NCBI GenBank assembly: GCA_945872355.1
Contig: CAMBZU010000007.1
Span: forward strand, 184-64,183
From: Chitinophaga pinensis
GTDB lineage: Bacteria; Bacteroidota; Bacteroidia; UBA4408
Length of the DNA stretch: 64,000 bases
Reading direction: 5' to 3'
The notes beneath the pieces are model-generated. The model had not been told where the DNA came from. It worked only from the letters and a program-made list of their open reading frames with translations, and made no database searches. Below are positions 9,449-19,238 of this stretch, piece by piece. The translations under genes and the position numbers were made by a program. Within the stretch, counting starts at the first letter, position 1. The number at the start of each line of letters is the position of its first letter.

Positions 9449-12400
9449 TTAAGCAGCACCATGGCATTGTTTAAACTTTTTACCACTTCCACATGGGCAA
9501 GGATCATTTCTACCAACTGTTTTCTCCACTCTTATAGGCTGCAATTTGGGTCTTTCCTGCTCTGGATTAACTTGATTATTTGAACCAGTATTTCCTGAAC
9601 TTGCTAAACTTGGATCATCGGTTCTGTTCGTTTGATATCTTTGCGCTGGCACAGCTTTAGGGGCTTGTACCTCTCTCACTTGCTGTTGATTTTCTTGTGG
9701 CAGATAAGCTTTCACTAAGAATGAAGTAATATCACGATTTACTTTATTCATCATTTGCTGAAATAATTCAAATGATTCAAATTTATAAATCAATAATGGA
9801 TCTTTTTGCTCATAAACCGCATTTTGCACCGATTGCTTCAATTCATCTAATTCACGTAAATGTTCTTTCCAAGCTTCATCAATGATGGCCAAAATAACTC
9901 CTTTTTCAAAAGCTGTGATTAGCTCACGGCCTTGACTTTCATAAGATTTTTTAAGATTAGCGAGCACTTGCATGGTCTTAATACCATCAGTAAAAGGAAT
10001 TACAATATTCTCATACATTTGAGCGCTATTCTCGAATACATTCTTAACAACAGGATAAGCATTACTTGCAATTTGCTTTGACTTAAGCTGGTAATGCGCA
10101 TAAGCCGCATCAAAAACAATTTCCTCTAAGTTCTTAGCTCCTTTTAAAAATTCTTCTTTAGTCACCGGACTTTCGATAGAAAAATTGAGAATCAAATCAA
10201 GGTTAAATGCTTCAAAATCTTTTGCCTCAAAATGTTCTTTAATGATATCAGCACATACATCATACATTGTATTGGCAATATCAATAGATAAACGTTCGCC
10301 AAACAAAGCATGTCTGCGTTTACCGTAAATCACTTCACGCTGACTATTCATTACATCATCATACTCTAATAAGCGCTTACGTGTACCAAAATTATTTTCC
10401 TCTACTTTTTTCTGGGCACGTTCAATAGATTTAGAAATCATGCTATGTTGAATAACCTCCCCTTCTTCAATCCCCATTCTATCCATCAACTTGGCAATAC
10501 GATCACTTCCAAACAATCGCATTAAATCATCTTCCAAAGATACAAAGAACTGAGATGAACCTGTATCACCTTGACGACCAGCGCGACCTCTCAACTGACG
10601 ATCTACACGCCTACTATCATGACGCTCAGTACCAATAATTGCTAAACCTCCTGCTTCTTTTACACCTGGGCCTAATTTAATATCAGTACCACGACCTGCC
10701 ATATTTGTTGCAATAGTAACTGTGCCAGCCTGCCCCGCTTCGGCAACGATTTCAGCCTCACGTTGGTGCAATTTTGCATTCAATACATTATGCTTAATCC
10801 CTTTTAATTTAAGCATGCGGCTCAACAATTCTGAAATCTCAACAGAAGTAGTACCAACCAACACCGGCCTGCCTTTTTCGGTTTCCTTTACGATAACATC
10901 AATAACAGCATTGTACTTTTCGCGTTTGGTTTTGTATACCAAATCCTCTTCATCCTTTCTTGTTATGGATCTATTGGTTGGAATTACAACACAATCCAAT
11001 TTATAAATGTCCCAAAACTCACCAGCTTCTGTTTCAGCAGTACCTGTCATACCCGAAAGCTTGTTATACATTCTAAAGTAATTCTGCAAAGTGATTGTGG
11101 CAAATGTTTGTGTACTTGCTTCAACCTTTACATTTTCTTTAGCTTCAATGGCTTGGTGCAATCCATCAGAATACCTTCTACCATCAAGAATACGACCTGT
11201 TTGCTCATCTACAATTTTAATTTTATTTTCCATCACCACATATTCCACATCAATTTCAAAAAGTGTGTAGGCCTTCAACAATTGGTTAACGGTGTGCACT
11301 CTTTCAGAAGCAACTGCAAAATCGCGCATGAGTGCATCCTTTTGGATCATCTTTTCCTCAGTAGTTAGTGATGATTTATCTATATCAACAATTTCAGATC
11401 CGATGTCAGGTAAAACAAAGAACTTGGCATCTTCTGCAGTTTTAGAAACCAATTCAATTCCTTTTTCTGTAAGTTCAATGCTATTATTTTTTTCATCAAT
11501 AACAAAGAAAAGTTCAGCATCAATTTTATGCATTTCTCTTCCATGATCTTGCATATAGAAGTTTTCTGTTTTTTGAAGTTGTGCGCGTACGCCTTGTTCG
11601 CTCAAATATTTAATGAGTGCTTTATTTTTTGGCAAACCTCTAAATGCCCTTAAAAGCGCTATACCAGCATCATCTAATTTATTTTCTGCAAATAGTTTTT
11701 TACCTTCAGCCAAGGCAATATTTACATAATTTCTTTGGGCAGCAACCAACTTTTCAACTTGCGGTTTAAGCGCTTGAAATTCATGTATATCACCTTTTGC
11801 TGTTGGACCACTAATAATTAAGGGCGTTCTAGCATCATCAATCAATACACTATCTACCTCATCTACAATAGCATAATTATGTACCCTTTGCACCATATCT
11901 TCTGGACTTCGAGCCATATTATCGCGCAAGTAATCAAATCCAAATTCATTATTTGTTCCGTAAGTAATATCAGCCAAATAAGCATTTCTTCTTGCATCAG
12001 AATTTGGTTCATGCAAATCAATACAATCAACTTTTAACCCATGAAACTCAAACAAAGGAGCCATCCATTCGCTATCCCTTCTTGATAAATAAGTGTTAAC
12101 GGTAACAACATGCAAGCCTTTTCCGCTTAATGCATTCAAAAACATTGGCAAAGTAGCAACTAATGTTTTACCTTCCCCTGTTGCCATCTCTGAGATTTTA
12201 CCTTGATGCAAAACAATACCACCAATTAACTGCACATCGTAATGCACCATATCCCAAGTTACAGTATTGCCGGCAGCAATCCATTGATTTTTATAATATG
12301 CTTTTTCACCTTGAATAATTACATTCCCTTTTTTAGCTGCTAATTGACGATCCATCGCATTTGCTATCACTTCAAGCTGTTCATTTTCTTTGAATCTCTT

Positions 12401-12769
12401 GGCCGTTTCTTTAACAATGGCAAAAGCATCTGGGAGTATATCATCAAGAGCTATTTGAATTTTTTTAGTGATTTCCTTGTTTAAGGCATCAATTTCAACA
12501 TAAATCTTTTCCTTTTCATCAACATCGGCAATTTCATCTGTTTCAACCTTTGCTTTTAGCTCTTTCACCTTTTCTTCTTCTAGCTGCACTGCGGCTGCCA
12601 CTTTGGCTTTTAAGTCTTCAGATTTCTGACGCAAACCATCATTGCTTAATTTTTCGATGACTTTGTATGCTTCATGTATTTTAAGAACAATTGGATCAAT
12701 AGATTTGATATCGCGGTCAGATTTTTTTCCAAAAAATCCAGAAATGGTTTTATTAATAAAGTCTATCAT
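9449..12769 (-). CDS. secA: Preprotein translocase ATPase SecA
   Basis: 1106 aa. [29 protein letters not shown], and a C-terminal Zn finger [14 protein letters not shown]. Confidence 0.97.
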   Translation of the reverse strand: MIDFINKTISGFFGKKSDRDIKSIDPIVLKIHEAYKVIEKLSNDGLRQKSEDLKAKVAAAVQLEEEKVKELKAKVETDEIADVDEKEKIYVEIDALNKEITKKIQIALDDILPDAFAIVKETAKRFKENEQLEVIANAMDRQLAAKKGNVIIQGEKAYYKNQWIAAGNTVTWDMVHYDVQLIGGIVLHQGKISEMATGEGKTLVATLPMFLNALSGKGLHVVTVNTYLSRRDSEWMAPLFEFHGLKVDCIDLHEPNSDARRNAYLADITYGTNNEFGFDYLRDNMARSPEDMVQRVHNYAIVDEVDSVLIDDARTPLIISGPTAKGDIHEFQALKPQVEKLVAAQRNYVNIALAEGKKLFAENKLDDAGIALLRAFRGLPKNKALIKYLSEQGVRAQLQKTENFYMQDHGREMHKIDAELFFVIDEKNNSIELTEKGIELVSKTAEDAKFFVLPDIGSEIVDIDKSSLTTEEKMIQKDALMRDFAVASERVHTVNQLLKAYTLFEIDVEYVVMENKIKIVDEQTGRILDGRRYSDGLHQAIEAKENVKVEASTQTFATITLQNYFRMYNKLSGMTGTAETEAGEFWDIYKLDCVVIPTNRSITRKDEEDLVYKTKREKYNAVIDVIVKETEKGRPVLVGTTSVEISELLSRMLKLKGIKHNVLNAKLHQREAEIVAEAGQAGTVTIATNMAGRGTDIKLGPGVKEAGGLAIIGTERHDSRRVDRQLRGRAGRQGDTGSSQFFVSLEDDLMRLFGSDRIAKLMDRMGIEEGEVIQHSMISKSIERAQKKVEENNFGTRKRLLEYDDVMNSQREVIYGKRRHALFGERLSIDIANTMYDVCADIIKEHFEAKDFEAFNLDLILNFSIESPVTKEEFLKGAKNLEEIVFDAAYAHYQLKSKQIASNAYPVVKNVFENSAQMYENIVIPFTDGIKTMQVLANLKKSYESQGRELITAFEKGVILAIIDEAWKEHLRELDELKQSVQNAVYEQKDPLLIYKFESFELFQQMMNKVNRDITSFLVKAYLPQENQQQVREVQAPKAVPAQRYQTNRTDDPSLASSGNTGSNNQVNPEQERPKLQPIRVEKTVGRNDPCPCGSGKKFKQCHGAA

Positions 12770-12833
12770 ATAGCTTGTTTTTTCTGTTTAGCTTTCCATA
12801 TTTGAAAATAAAAAAATTCAAATTTAAGGGCTG

Positions 12834-12841
12834 CAAATGTA
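12834..12841 (-). promoter_or_regulatory. Bacteroidota -7 box (TACATTTG on minus strand)
   Basis: TAnnTTTG match about 65 nt upstream of the secA ATG. Confidence 0.4.
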
Positions 12842-12985
12842 GGGTTTATTTGTAAATTATTTATTATTCCATGTACATTGGCAAAAAATGAACCGCATAA
12901 TAAAACATGAATAATTGTCATACCAAACAATAGCACAACAATAATTACAAAAAAAACTTTAATTGAGAGAATGATGGCTTAATAA

Positions 12986-13552
12986 TTATTTTTTCTCTCG
13001 CTCTTTGATAGTGTCTTCTTCTAACTCCCTTACAATCATTGCTGACCATTCATTTAATTTGGCTACATCCTTTCCATTCGCAGTTTCAAGCCTCATTTCG
13101 TTATCTCGTTTTATCATTTGCTCTAAATAATCTGCAAAAGCACTTTCGAGTAATGCATGGGAACCTGGTTTAAATTTTATCTTAAAAAGGGATTTTCTTA
13201 ACCTTTTAGCATATAATTGCTGAATACCTATTACTGTTTGGCTAAATATAAAGTCGGGGCTGTTAGTTTTATCTTCATTGGTATAATCTCTTTTCCTACT
13301 ATAATCAAAATTTACCCTGACCCTTGAAGGCTGATTGATCATTTTTTTATCTGCTACAGCTTCAAAACTTGAATACACATAACAATTAAAGGAAAACGAA
13401 TTAACAACTTTACCTGTGGAATCATTCCAGGTTAATTGCTTTTTTTTCTTCCATACCAAAGAGTCTTTCGCTATTTTCTGCTCATTTTGAGCATCGCAAA
13501 AGTTAATAACTAACAAAAAGAAAAGGAAAAACTTTAAACTTTTTTGTTGCAA
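12986..13552 (-). CDS. Secreted hypothetical protein
   Basis: Signal peptide (FLLVINFCDAQ). I recognised no confident family. Confidence 0.5.
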   Translation of the reverse strand: MQQKSLKFFLFFLLVINFCDAQNEQKIAKDSLVWKKKKQLTWNDSTGKVVNSFSFNCYVYSSFEAVADKKMINQPSRVRVNFDYSRKRDYTNEDKTNSPDFIFSQTVIGIQQLYAKRLRKSLFKIKFKPGSHALLESAFADYLEQMIKRDNEMRLETANGKDVAKLNEWSAMIVRELEEDTIKEREKK

Positions 13553-13574
13553 GGGACTTCATTCTATGAGTTGG

Positions 13575-13582
13575 CAAATATA
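13575..13582 (-). promoter_or_regulatory. Bacteroidota -7 box (TATATTTG on minus strand)
   Basis: TAnnTTTG match 23 nt upstream of the ATG at 13552. Confidence 0.4.
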
Positions 13583-13649
13583 CAGTATTTGACATAAAAA
13601 TGTTTTACAATTAATTAATTCAATTGATTATGCATTGAATAGTATTTTG

Positions 13650-13657
13650 TACTTTTG
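13650..13657 (+). promoter_or_regulatory. Bacteroidota -7 box (TACTTTTG)
   Basis: TAnnTTTG match 13 nt upstream of the ATG at 13670. This supports 13670 as the real start rather than 13696. Confidence 0.4.
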
Positions 13658-13669
13658 AAAAAAAAAACA

Positions 13670-14058
13670 ATGGAAAATAATAAATCGAAAATATTATGGG
13701 GATTGGCCATTGGTGCAGCTGCTGGCTTTGTTATTGGATATCTATTAAGTGGAAAAAAGTGAACGATATAGGCGATGACTTAAGCAATATGGCCGATAAA
13801 TTTAAAAGCAAGGTAAGCGAAACTATTGATAAAAGTAAAGAGGTCGAGAAGATAGGTGTTAATGAGCATCCAAAAGCCTATCCAACTGAAATATTAAGTA
13901 TTATCAATGAGCCTGGTGCTGAGTTAAGAACTACATTGATTGAGTTTGGGCCAGTTTTATTTTCTAAAATATTAGCATTAAACAACACACAATCAGACAA
14001 CGTTTCTCTTGAATTTATTGGCTCAGGGAGTAAAAGAGGTAAAAAATATAGTTCTTGA
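13670..14058 (+). CDS. YtxH-like small membrane protein, split by a frameshift at A_AAA_AAG (0 frame 13670..13762; -1 frame continues to 14058)
   Basis: The 0 frame reads MENNKSKILWGLAIGAAAGFVIGYLLSGKK*. The -1 frame reads KKVNDIGDDLSNMADKFKSKVSETIDKSKE... The joined product resembles YtxH proteins (TM helix plus amphipathic tail). Confidence 0.5.
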
Positions 14059-14074
14059 TTTTAATTTAAAATAT

Positions 14075-14806
14075 ATGAAAATTGCATTGATTGGTTATGG
14101 AAAAATGGGTAAAACCATTGAAAAATTAGCGGCCATTCAAGGCCATGAAATTGTATTAAAAATTAACCGTGAAAACGCAAAAGAATTAACTATTGAAAAT
14201 TTAAAAAAAGCCGATGTAGCTATTGAATTTTCTACGCCAAATGCCGTTGTAGATAATATTTTACTTTGTTTGCAAGCGCAAGTACCCATTGTTATAGGCA
14301 CAACAGCTTGGAGCTCACATAAGAATGAAATTGAAGATAAATGCAACACTTTAAATGGAGCCATGCTTGCAGCATCAAACTTCAGTTTAGGTGTAAATTT
14401 ATTTTTTGAACTCAACCACAAATTAGCACAATTGATGGCGCCATACCAACAGTATAAAATTTCTCTTGGAGAAATACATCACACTGCTAAACTTGATGCG
14501 CCGAGTGGAACTGCTATTACATTAGCAGATGAAATTTTGAGTCAAAACAAAGCCTACCTGAATTGGGAAAATCAAGAAAAAACTGAAAAAGATATACTTC
14601 CTATACATAGTATAAGATTGCCTGATGTGCCCGGAACACATGAAATAAAATATACATCAAATGAAGATATCATTGAAATAAAACACACAGCGATGAACAG
14701 AGAAGGATTTGCAATTGGAGCAATGATAGCAGCAGCTTGGATTATTGGTAAAAAAGGAGTTTTTAAAATGAAGGATGTTTTAAATTTAGGTGAACATCCA
14801 TTTTAA
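14075..14806 (+). CDS. dapB: 4-hydroxy-tetrahydrodipicolinate reductase
   Basis: MKIALIGYGKMG Rossmann N-terminus and an EIHHTAKLDAPSGTA signature. The 14009 start in the ORF track is an upstream extension. Confidence 0.93.
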   Translation: MKIALIGYGKMGKTIEKLAAIQGHEIVLKINRENAKELTIENLKKADVAIEFSTPNAVVDNILLCLQAQVPIVIGTTAWSSHKNEIEDKCNTLNGAMLAASNFSLGVNLFFELNHKLAQLMAPYQQYKISLGEIHHTAKLDAPSGTAITLADEILSQNKAYLNWENQEKTEKDILPIHSIRLPDVPGTHEIKYTSNEDIIEIKHTAMNREGFAIGAMIAAAWIIGKKGVFKMKDVLNLGEHPF

Positions 14807-15074
14807 ATGAATGATTGAGCTCATAAAATCAAATTCCTCTGAACCATGCAAAATTGCTACACCAAGCCTAATTCAATCCCGGCTAAAGCTTTACGTCATT
14901 GGCAGCAATGGATCTAAATATTTACTTAGGTAGTGCGATGCCAATAAAATCAGTAGTTTAGCAGGCTGAAGCTCCTAATAATTAATTCAGGCTTTATGCT
15001 TAACTTTCATTAACAGAAAAATTTATTTACTTCGTTGCTGCAAACAGATCAACAGCAATTAACTCACAAAATTT

Positions 15075-16346
15075 ATGTCAAAAAAAAAGAGCACTCAAAA
15101 AAAGAAAATGAATATCTATTTATTTATTTTTTTGTGCATCATTACCTTAGGAATATTTTATTTGTTTCATAAAAGTGATAAGCAAAAAACACCCTTGCGG
15201 GAATGGGGTGATGCTATTCTTTTTGCAGTAATAGCAGCCACTTTTATTAGAACATTTTTTATTGAAGCATTTACCATTCCTACCTCTTCTATGGAAAAAT
15301 CATTACTTATTGGTGACTTTTTATTTGTAAGTAAAATAAGTTACGGCGCAAGAGTGCCTATGACGCCTATTTCATTTCCTTTTGCGCATCATACCATGCC
15401 ATTTACTGAATCAGTAAAATCTTATTCAGAATTAATTAAAATTCCCTATTTCAGGCTACCTGGATTTGGCACAATTAAAAACAATGATGTGGTTGTTTTT
15501 AATTACCCCATGGAGGATTTTAGGCCTGTTGACAAGCAAGAAAATTATATTAAAAGGTGTGTTGGAATACCGGGTGATAAGCTAGAAGTTAAGCAAGGGA
15601 TTTTGTATATTAATGATAAAATGGCCGACATGCCGGAACGCATGCAGTGGAAATATCATGTTCAAACTGATGGCAGTGATTTCAATCCAAAAACCTTAAG
15701 AGAAATGCAAGTTACCGAAGGCGCTCAAACTTCAAATATGGGAGATTATGAGCTCACTTTAACCAAGGAAAATGCAGAAAAAATAAAATCATTTGGGAAT
15801 GTTGTTCATATTGAACCAATGTTTGATAAGCCGGGTGTTTATGCTGAATATATTTTTCCTTTTGACCCACAAAGAAAATGGAATGTAGATAATTATGGCG
15901 CACTCACTATTCCAAAAGCTGGAGTAACCGTTGCATTAGATAGAGGAAATTTACCCATCTATAAGCGATTAATTGAAGTGTATGAAAAAAATAAATTAGA
16001 AATAAAAGAAGCTGGCATTTATATTAATGATGCCTTAGCAACAAGCTATACCTTTAAAATGAACTATTATTTTATGATGGGTGATAACCGTCATAATTCA
16101 GCAGATAGTAGATTTTGGGGCTTTGTACCCGAAGATCATATTGTTGGGAAAGCCGTTTTTGTTTGGTTGAGTTTAGACAACAACTCGACAAGCATTTTTA
16201 ATAAGGTAAGATGGAGCAGAGTTTTTGTAAGTATAGGAAATAATGGCGTTTCAGGTTCATTTCTGTTGCCAGTATTACTTATTGGTGGTGGTATCTACTT
16301 TTTTATGCGCTATAGAAGAAAGAAAAAGGAAAGTCAAGATAAGTAA
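15075..16346 (+). CDS. lepB: Signal peptidase I
   Basis: SSMEKSL (Ser), YIKRCVGIPGD (Lys) and GDNRHNSADSRFWGFV boxes. The start could instead be the ATG at 15108. Confidence 0.92.
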   Translation: MSKKKSTQKKKMNIYLFIFLCIITLGIFYLFHKSDKQKTPLREWGDAILFAVIAATFIRTFFIEAFTIPTSSMEKSLLIGDFLFVSKISYGARVPMTPISFPFAHHTMPFTESVKSYSELIKIPYFRLPGFGTIKNNDVVVFNYPMEDFRPVDKQENYIKRCVGIPGDKLEVKQGILYINDKMADMPERMQWKYHVQTDGSDFNPKTLREMQVTEGAQTSNMGDYELTLTKENAEKIKSFGNVVHIEPMFDKPGVYAEYIFPFDPQRKWNVDNYGALTIPKAGVTVALDRGNLPIYKRLIEVYEKNKLEIKEAGIYINDALATSYTFKMNYYFMMGDNRHNSADSRFWGFVPEDHIVGKAVFVWLSLDNNSTSIFNKVRWSRVFVSIGNNGVSGSFLLPVLLIGGGIYFFMRYRRKKKESQDK

Positions 16347-16388
16347 TTTTCTTGTTTTTAATCTATTTACGGCTTAAATTTAAATTCC

Positions 16389-17993
16389 ATGACGGTTACA
16401 AAACTTTCTTTGCTTGATACTGGTTATTTTGGTGGTCTTACAAACGCCTATCTTAATAAAGACCAAAGGCTAACACCATTTTACAATCATTATTTTGAAC
16501 TTGAAAATTATGAAAAAGCCATTGAAGCGCGTAAAAACTTTGCAACAAATAGGTCAGCCCTATTTAAGGTTTTAGATGAACAGCATGCTTCATATTATAG
16601 TACTTTTCCTGATTTAGAAAACGTTGTAGCATCATTAAAGGACAAGCATACCTTTACAATTACCACAGGACATCAGCTATGCTTAGCCGCTGGCCCGCTC
16701 TATTTTATTTACAAAATTGCATCGGCCATAAATTTAAGTAGGAAATTAAAATTAAAATATCCGCAATATAATTTTGTTCCTGTGTATTGGATGGCAAGTG
16801 AAGATCATGATTTTGAAGAAATCAATCATATTCATTTGTTTAATAAAAAAATAACATGGAATGCTGCCACAAGCGGTGCAACGGGAAGAATTTCAAATAG
16901 CGGCATTGAAACCTTTCTGAATGATATAAAAGAAATATTGGGTGATAAAATTAACTCCACAAACTTAATTGATATCATACATGATGCCTATCAAAAACAT
17001 AGTAATCTGGCCGAAGCCACAAAGCATTTAGTACTTCACTTATTTGCTGAGCACAAGCTTTTGGTGTTAGATGCAGATAACAAATTATTAAAAAATGAGT
17101 TCAAGGAAATCATTAAAGAAGATATACTTGGCCAAGTTTCAAATAAGGCAGTTTTAGAATCGATCAATCAAATTGTATCAACCGGCCTGGTAAAAGAGGA
17201 AAAAATTCAAGTTAAACCGCGCGACATCAATTTCTTTTATCTTAAAGATAAGCTTAGGAAGCGTATTACCTTAGAAGATCAAATTTATAAAGTTTTAGAC
17301 ACCGAAATTACATTTACTGAAGCGCAATTGCTTCAAGAAATTGATGCCTTTCCAGAGCGATTTAGTCCAAATGTAATTATGAGACCAGTATACCAAGAGT
17401 GTATTTTACCCAATTTGGTTTACATTGGTGGTGCAGGTGAACTTTCGTATTGGTTTGAACTAAAAAAAGTTTTTGATTGTCACCAGGTATTTTATCCAAT
17501 GTTGGCATTAAGAAACTCTTTTTTGTGGATTGATAACAAGCAATCAGAAAAGTTAACACAACTAGGTATTTCGCCCGCTGAAATATTTGATTCGATTGAA
17601 ATATTAACAGCAAAAACTTTGAAAAACATGGGTGTAGAAGAACTTCTTTTTAACGATGAACAAGCTATGACCCATCAGCTTTTTGAGCAAATAAAAACAA
17701 AAATTGTAGCTATTGATGCCACGCTTGCAGCCACTGCAGAAGGTGAAAAAATGAAAGTACTAAAATCGATTGAAATGCTTGCTCAAAAAGCAGCAAAAGC
17801 GCAAAAAAACAAACATGATATTAGTATTAATCAACTTAAAAAGATAAAAGATAATTTATTTCCAGAAGGTGGCCTACAAGAGCGATACGAAAATATTTTG
17901 TGGTTAAATTTGAAATTTGGTAATAATATTATTGAGGAAATAATTGCTTTAGCAGAGGTCGATAAAAAGGAATTTACAATTATAGTTTCATAA
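16389..17993 (+). CDS. bshC: Bacillithiol biosynthesis cysteine-adding enzyme BshC
   Basis: 534 aa. The N-terminus TGYFGGLTNAYLNKDQRLTPFYNHYFELENYEKAI matches the conserved BshC N-terminus as I remember it. A coiled-coil lies near the C-terminus. Confidence 0.8.
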   Translation: MTVTKLSLLDTGYFGGLTNAYLNKDQRLTPFYNHYFELENYEKAIEARKNFATNRSALFKVLDEQHASYYSTFPDLENVVASLKDKHTFTITTGHQLCLAAGPLYFIYKIASAINLSRKLKLKYPQYNFVPVYWMASEDHDFEEINHIHLFNKKITWNAATSGATGRISNSGIETFLNDIKEILGDKINSTNLIDIIHDAYQKHSNLAEATKHLVLHLFAEHKLLVLDADNKLLKNEFKEIIKEDILGQVSNKAVLESINQIVSTGLVKEEKIQVKPRDINFFYLKDKLRKRITLEDQIYKVLDTEITFTEAQLLQEIDAFPERFSPNVIMRPVYQECILPNLVYIGGAGELSYWFELKKVFDCHQVFYPMLALRNSFLWIDNKQSEKLTQLGISPAEIFDSIEILTAKTLKNMGVEELLFNDEQAMTHQLFEQIKTKIVAIDATLAATAEGEKMKVLKSIEMLAQKAAKAQKNKHDISINQLKKIKDNLFPEGGLQERYENILWLNLKFGNNIIEEIIALAEVDKKEFTIIVS

Positions 17994-17997
17994 ATAA

Positions 17998-18121
17998 TAC
18001 CAATGTGATTTATAAATTATACCAATAATTTAAAATCTTACATTGATAAATGCCGATCCTAAAAAATTTGGGACAAATGCCGTGAAACAAATTTGAGCCA
18101 ATACTTTTTTCACATCGGTAT
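17998..18121 (+). repeat. MITE/REP-like intergenic element, copy B (long form)
   Basis: It starts 4 nt after the bshC stop. Termini TACCAATGTGA ... TCACATCGGTA form an imperfect terminal inverted repeat. Confidence 0.8.
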
Positions 18122-18175
18122 CATACCAAAGAAGTAAATGGTTTTTAACTTTGCGCAATATAACCTTTAGGGCAA

Positions 18176-18210
18176 CAAAAAAGCCACATCGAAATCGATG
18201 TGGCTTTTTT
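18176..18210. terminator. Bidirectional rho-independent terminator
   Basis: AGCCACATCG-aaat-CGATGTGGCT stem flanked by an A-run and a T-run, between convergent genes. Confidence 0.7.
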
Positions 18211-18227
18211 GAAATGTAGTACTCTAA

Positions 18228-19019
18228 TTAATCTTGAGTAAAAGTAACTGTGATTGTACCTTTAGAAGAATAAGGTCCGTTTTTAAAAGTGTTTGAACTT
18301 GATCCAGAAGTAACTGTTGAGCTACCATCGTATTTGTTATCAATTGCAATATTAGCGGCCATTTCTTTCTTAGCTAATTGAGAAAGTGTCCAAACTTCTG
18401 TAGCTTCATTTAAAGCATAAGTTTCGTTAACAATTGATGTGCTTGTTAAATTACTACCGTCAGTAGCAACAAATACATCTGTTGTTGTTGATTTTGCAGT
18501 AGATAATAAAACTGCTTCTTTGTTTTTCAACTCAGCAGAACTGTTTTTACCTAAAAATTGCCAAGTACCTGAAGATTCAACTGTTGTTGTAATATTTTGA
18601 GCATCAGTAGTTGAAGCACCACCTGCAGTAGTATTTGAAGATGTTATTTTAGTAACTTTTTTAGATGTCCAAGTACCATCTTTTTCAATAGTATATGTAA
18701 ACTCAGATACAGTTCCTGTTTCAGTGTTGGTGTAACTTGTGAATGATGGTTGAGTTGAGGTTACGTTTGAAGTATAGGTGTAAGAAGAACCTGAAATTTT
18801 TGTGCTATTTACATCTGTACGAGTAGTAGTGCTTGTAGCACCATTGTCGGTTATAACATCAGTAATTGCTGCATCATAAGTAGCAACTTTCCACTCACCA
18901 GCAATACGCGACTTTCTTGAGCTTAAAGATAATCCTGGATCGTCATCACCTTTTTTACAAGCTGTAATAGAAGAAGCAACTACTAAAATTGCTAAAACTG
19001 CTTTTGTTAATTTTTTCAT
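18228..19019 (-). CDS. Ser/Thr-rich lipoprotein, function unknown
   Basis: Lipobox SSITACKKGDD; no recognisable catalytic motif. Confidence 0.55.
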   Translation of the reverse strand: MKKLTKAVLAILVVASSITACKKGDDDPGLSLSSRKSRIAGEWKVATYDAAITDVITDNGATSTTTRTDVNSTKISGSSYTYTSNVTSTQPSFTSYTNTETGTVSEFTYTIEKDGTWTSKKVTKITSSNTTAGGASTTDAQNITTTVESSGTWQFLGKNSSAELKNKEAVLLSTAKSTTTDVFVATDGSNLTSTSIVNETYALNEATEVWTLSQLAKKEMAANIAIDNKYDGSSTVTSGSSSNTFKNGPYSSKGTITVTFTQD

Positions 19020-19215
19020 TTGATTTGTTTTTTGGTTAATTATTTGGTTAAAATTTTGCGTAAAAGTAAATGTTATTGTGATTGTAACAAATATTTGGAT
19101 GTAAAATAGATGTTAAATATTGAACATTTCATTTAATTGTGATTAATTGCCAGTTACATTTTGAAATTATTGTGTAAAAATTTTGCTGCGCATAAGTTAA
19201 CATAGTTTAATTCTA

Positions 19216-19223
19216 TACTTTTG
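19216..19223 (+). promoter_or_regulatory. Bacteroidota -7 box (TACTTTTG)
   Basis: TAnnTTTG match 16 nt upstream of the ribBA ATG. Confidence 0.4.
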
Positions 19224-19238
19224 CAGTAAATATAAAAT

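Noticed and set aside
13696-13752. The ORF-track start, MGIGHWCSCWLCYWISIKW, for the 120-aa ORF.
   Set aside because: This Trp/Cys-rich stretch is the TM helix GLAIGAAAGFVIGYLL read one frame off. The promoter box and the ATG at 13670 fit the other frame.
14009-14074. The N-terminal extension of dapB given in the ORF track (start 14009).
   Set aside because: MKIALIGYGKMG at 14075 is the canonical DapB N-terminus. The extension overlaps the end of the upstream YtxH-like frame.
14855-14885. A tRNA-like T-arm (AGCC TAATTCAATCCC GGCT).
   Set aside because: No acceptor, D or anticodon arms can be drawn around it. The stem is only 4 bp and the loop is far longer than a 7-nt T-loop.
19020-19238. 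An FMN riboswitch upstream of ribBA.
   Set aside because: The leader between the -7 box (19216-19223) and the ATG is only about 16 nt. The upstream 200 bp is AT-rich and lacks the conserved GC-rich FMN-element core.
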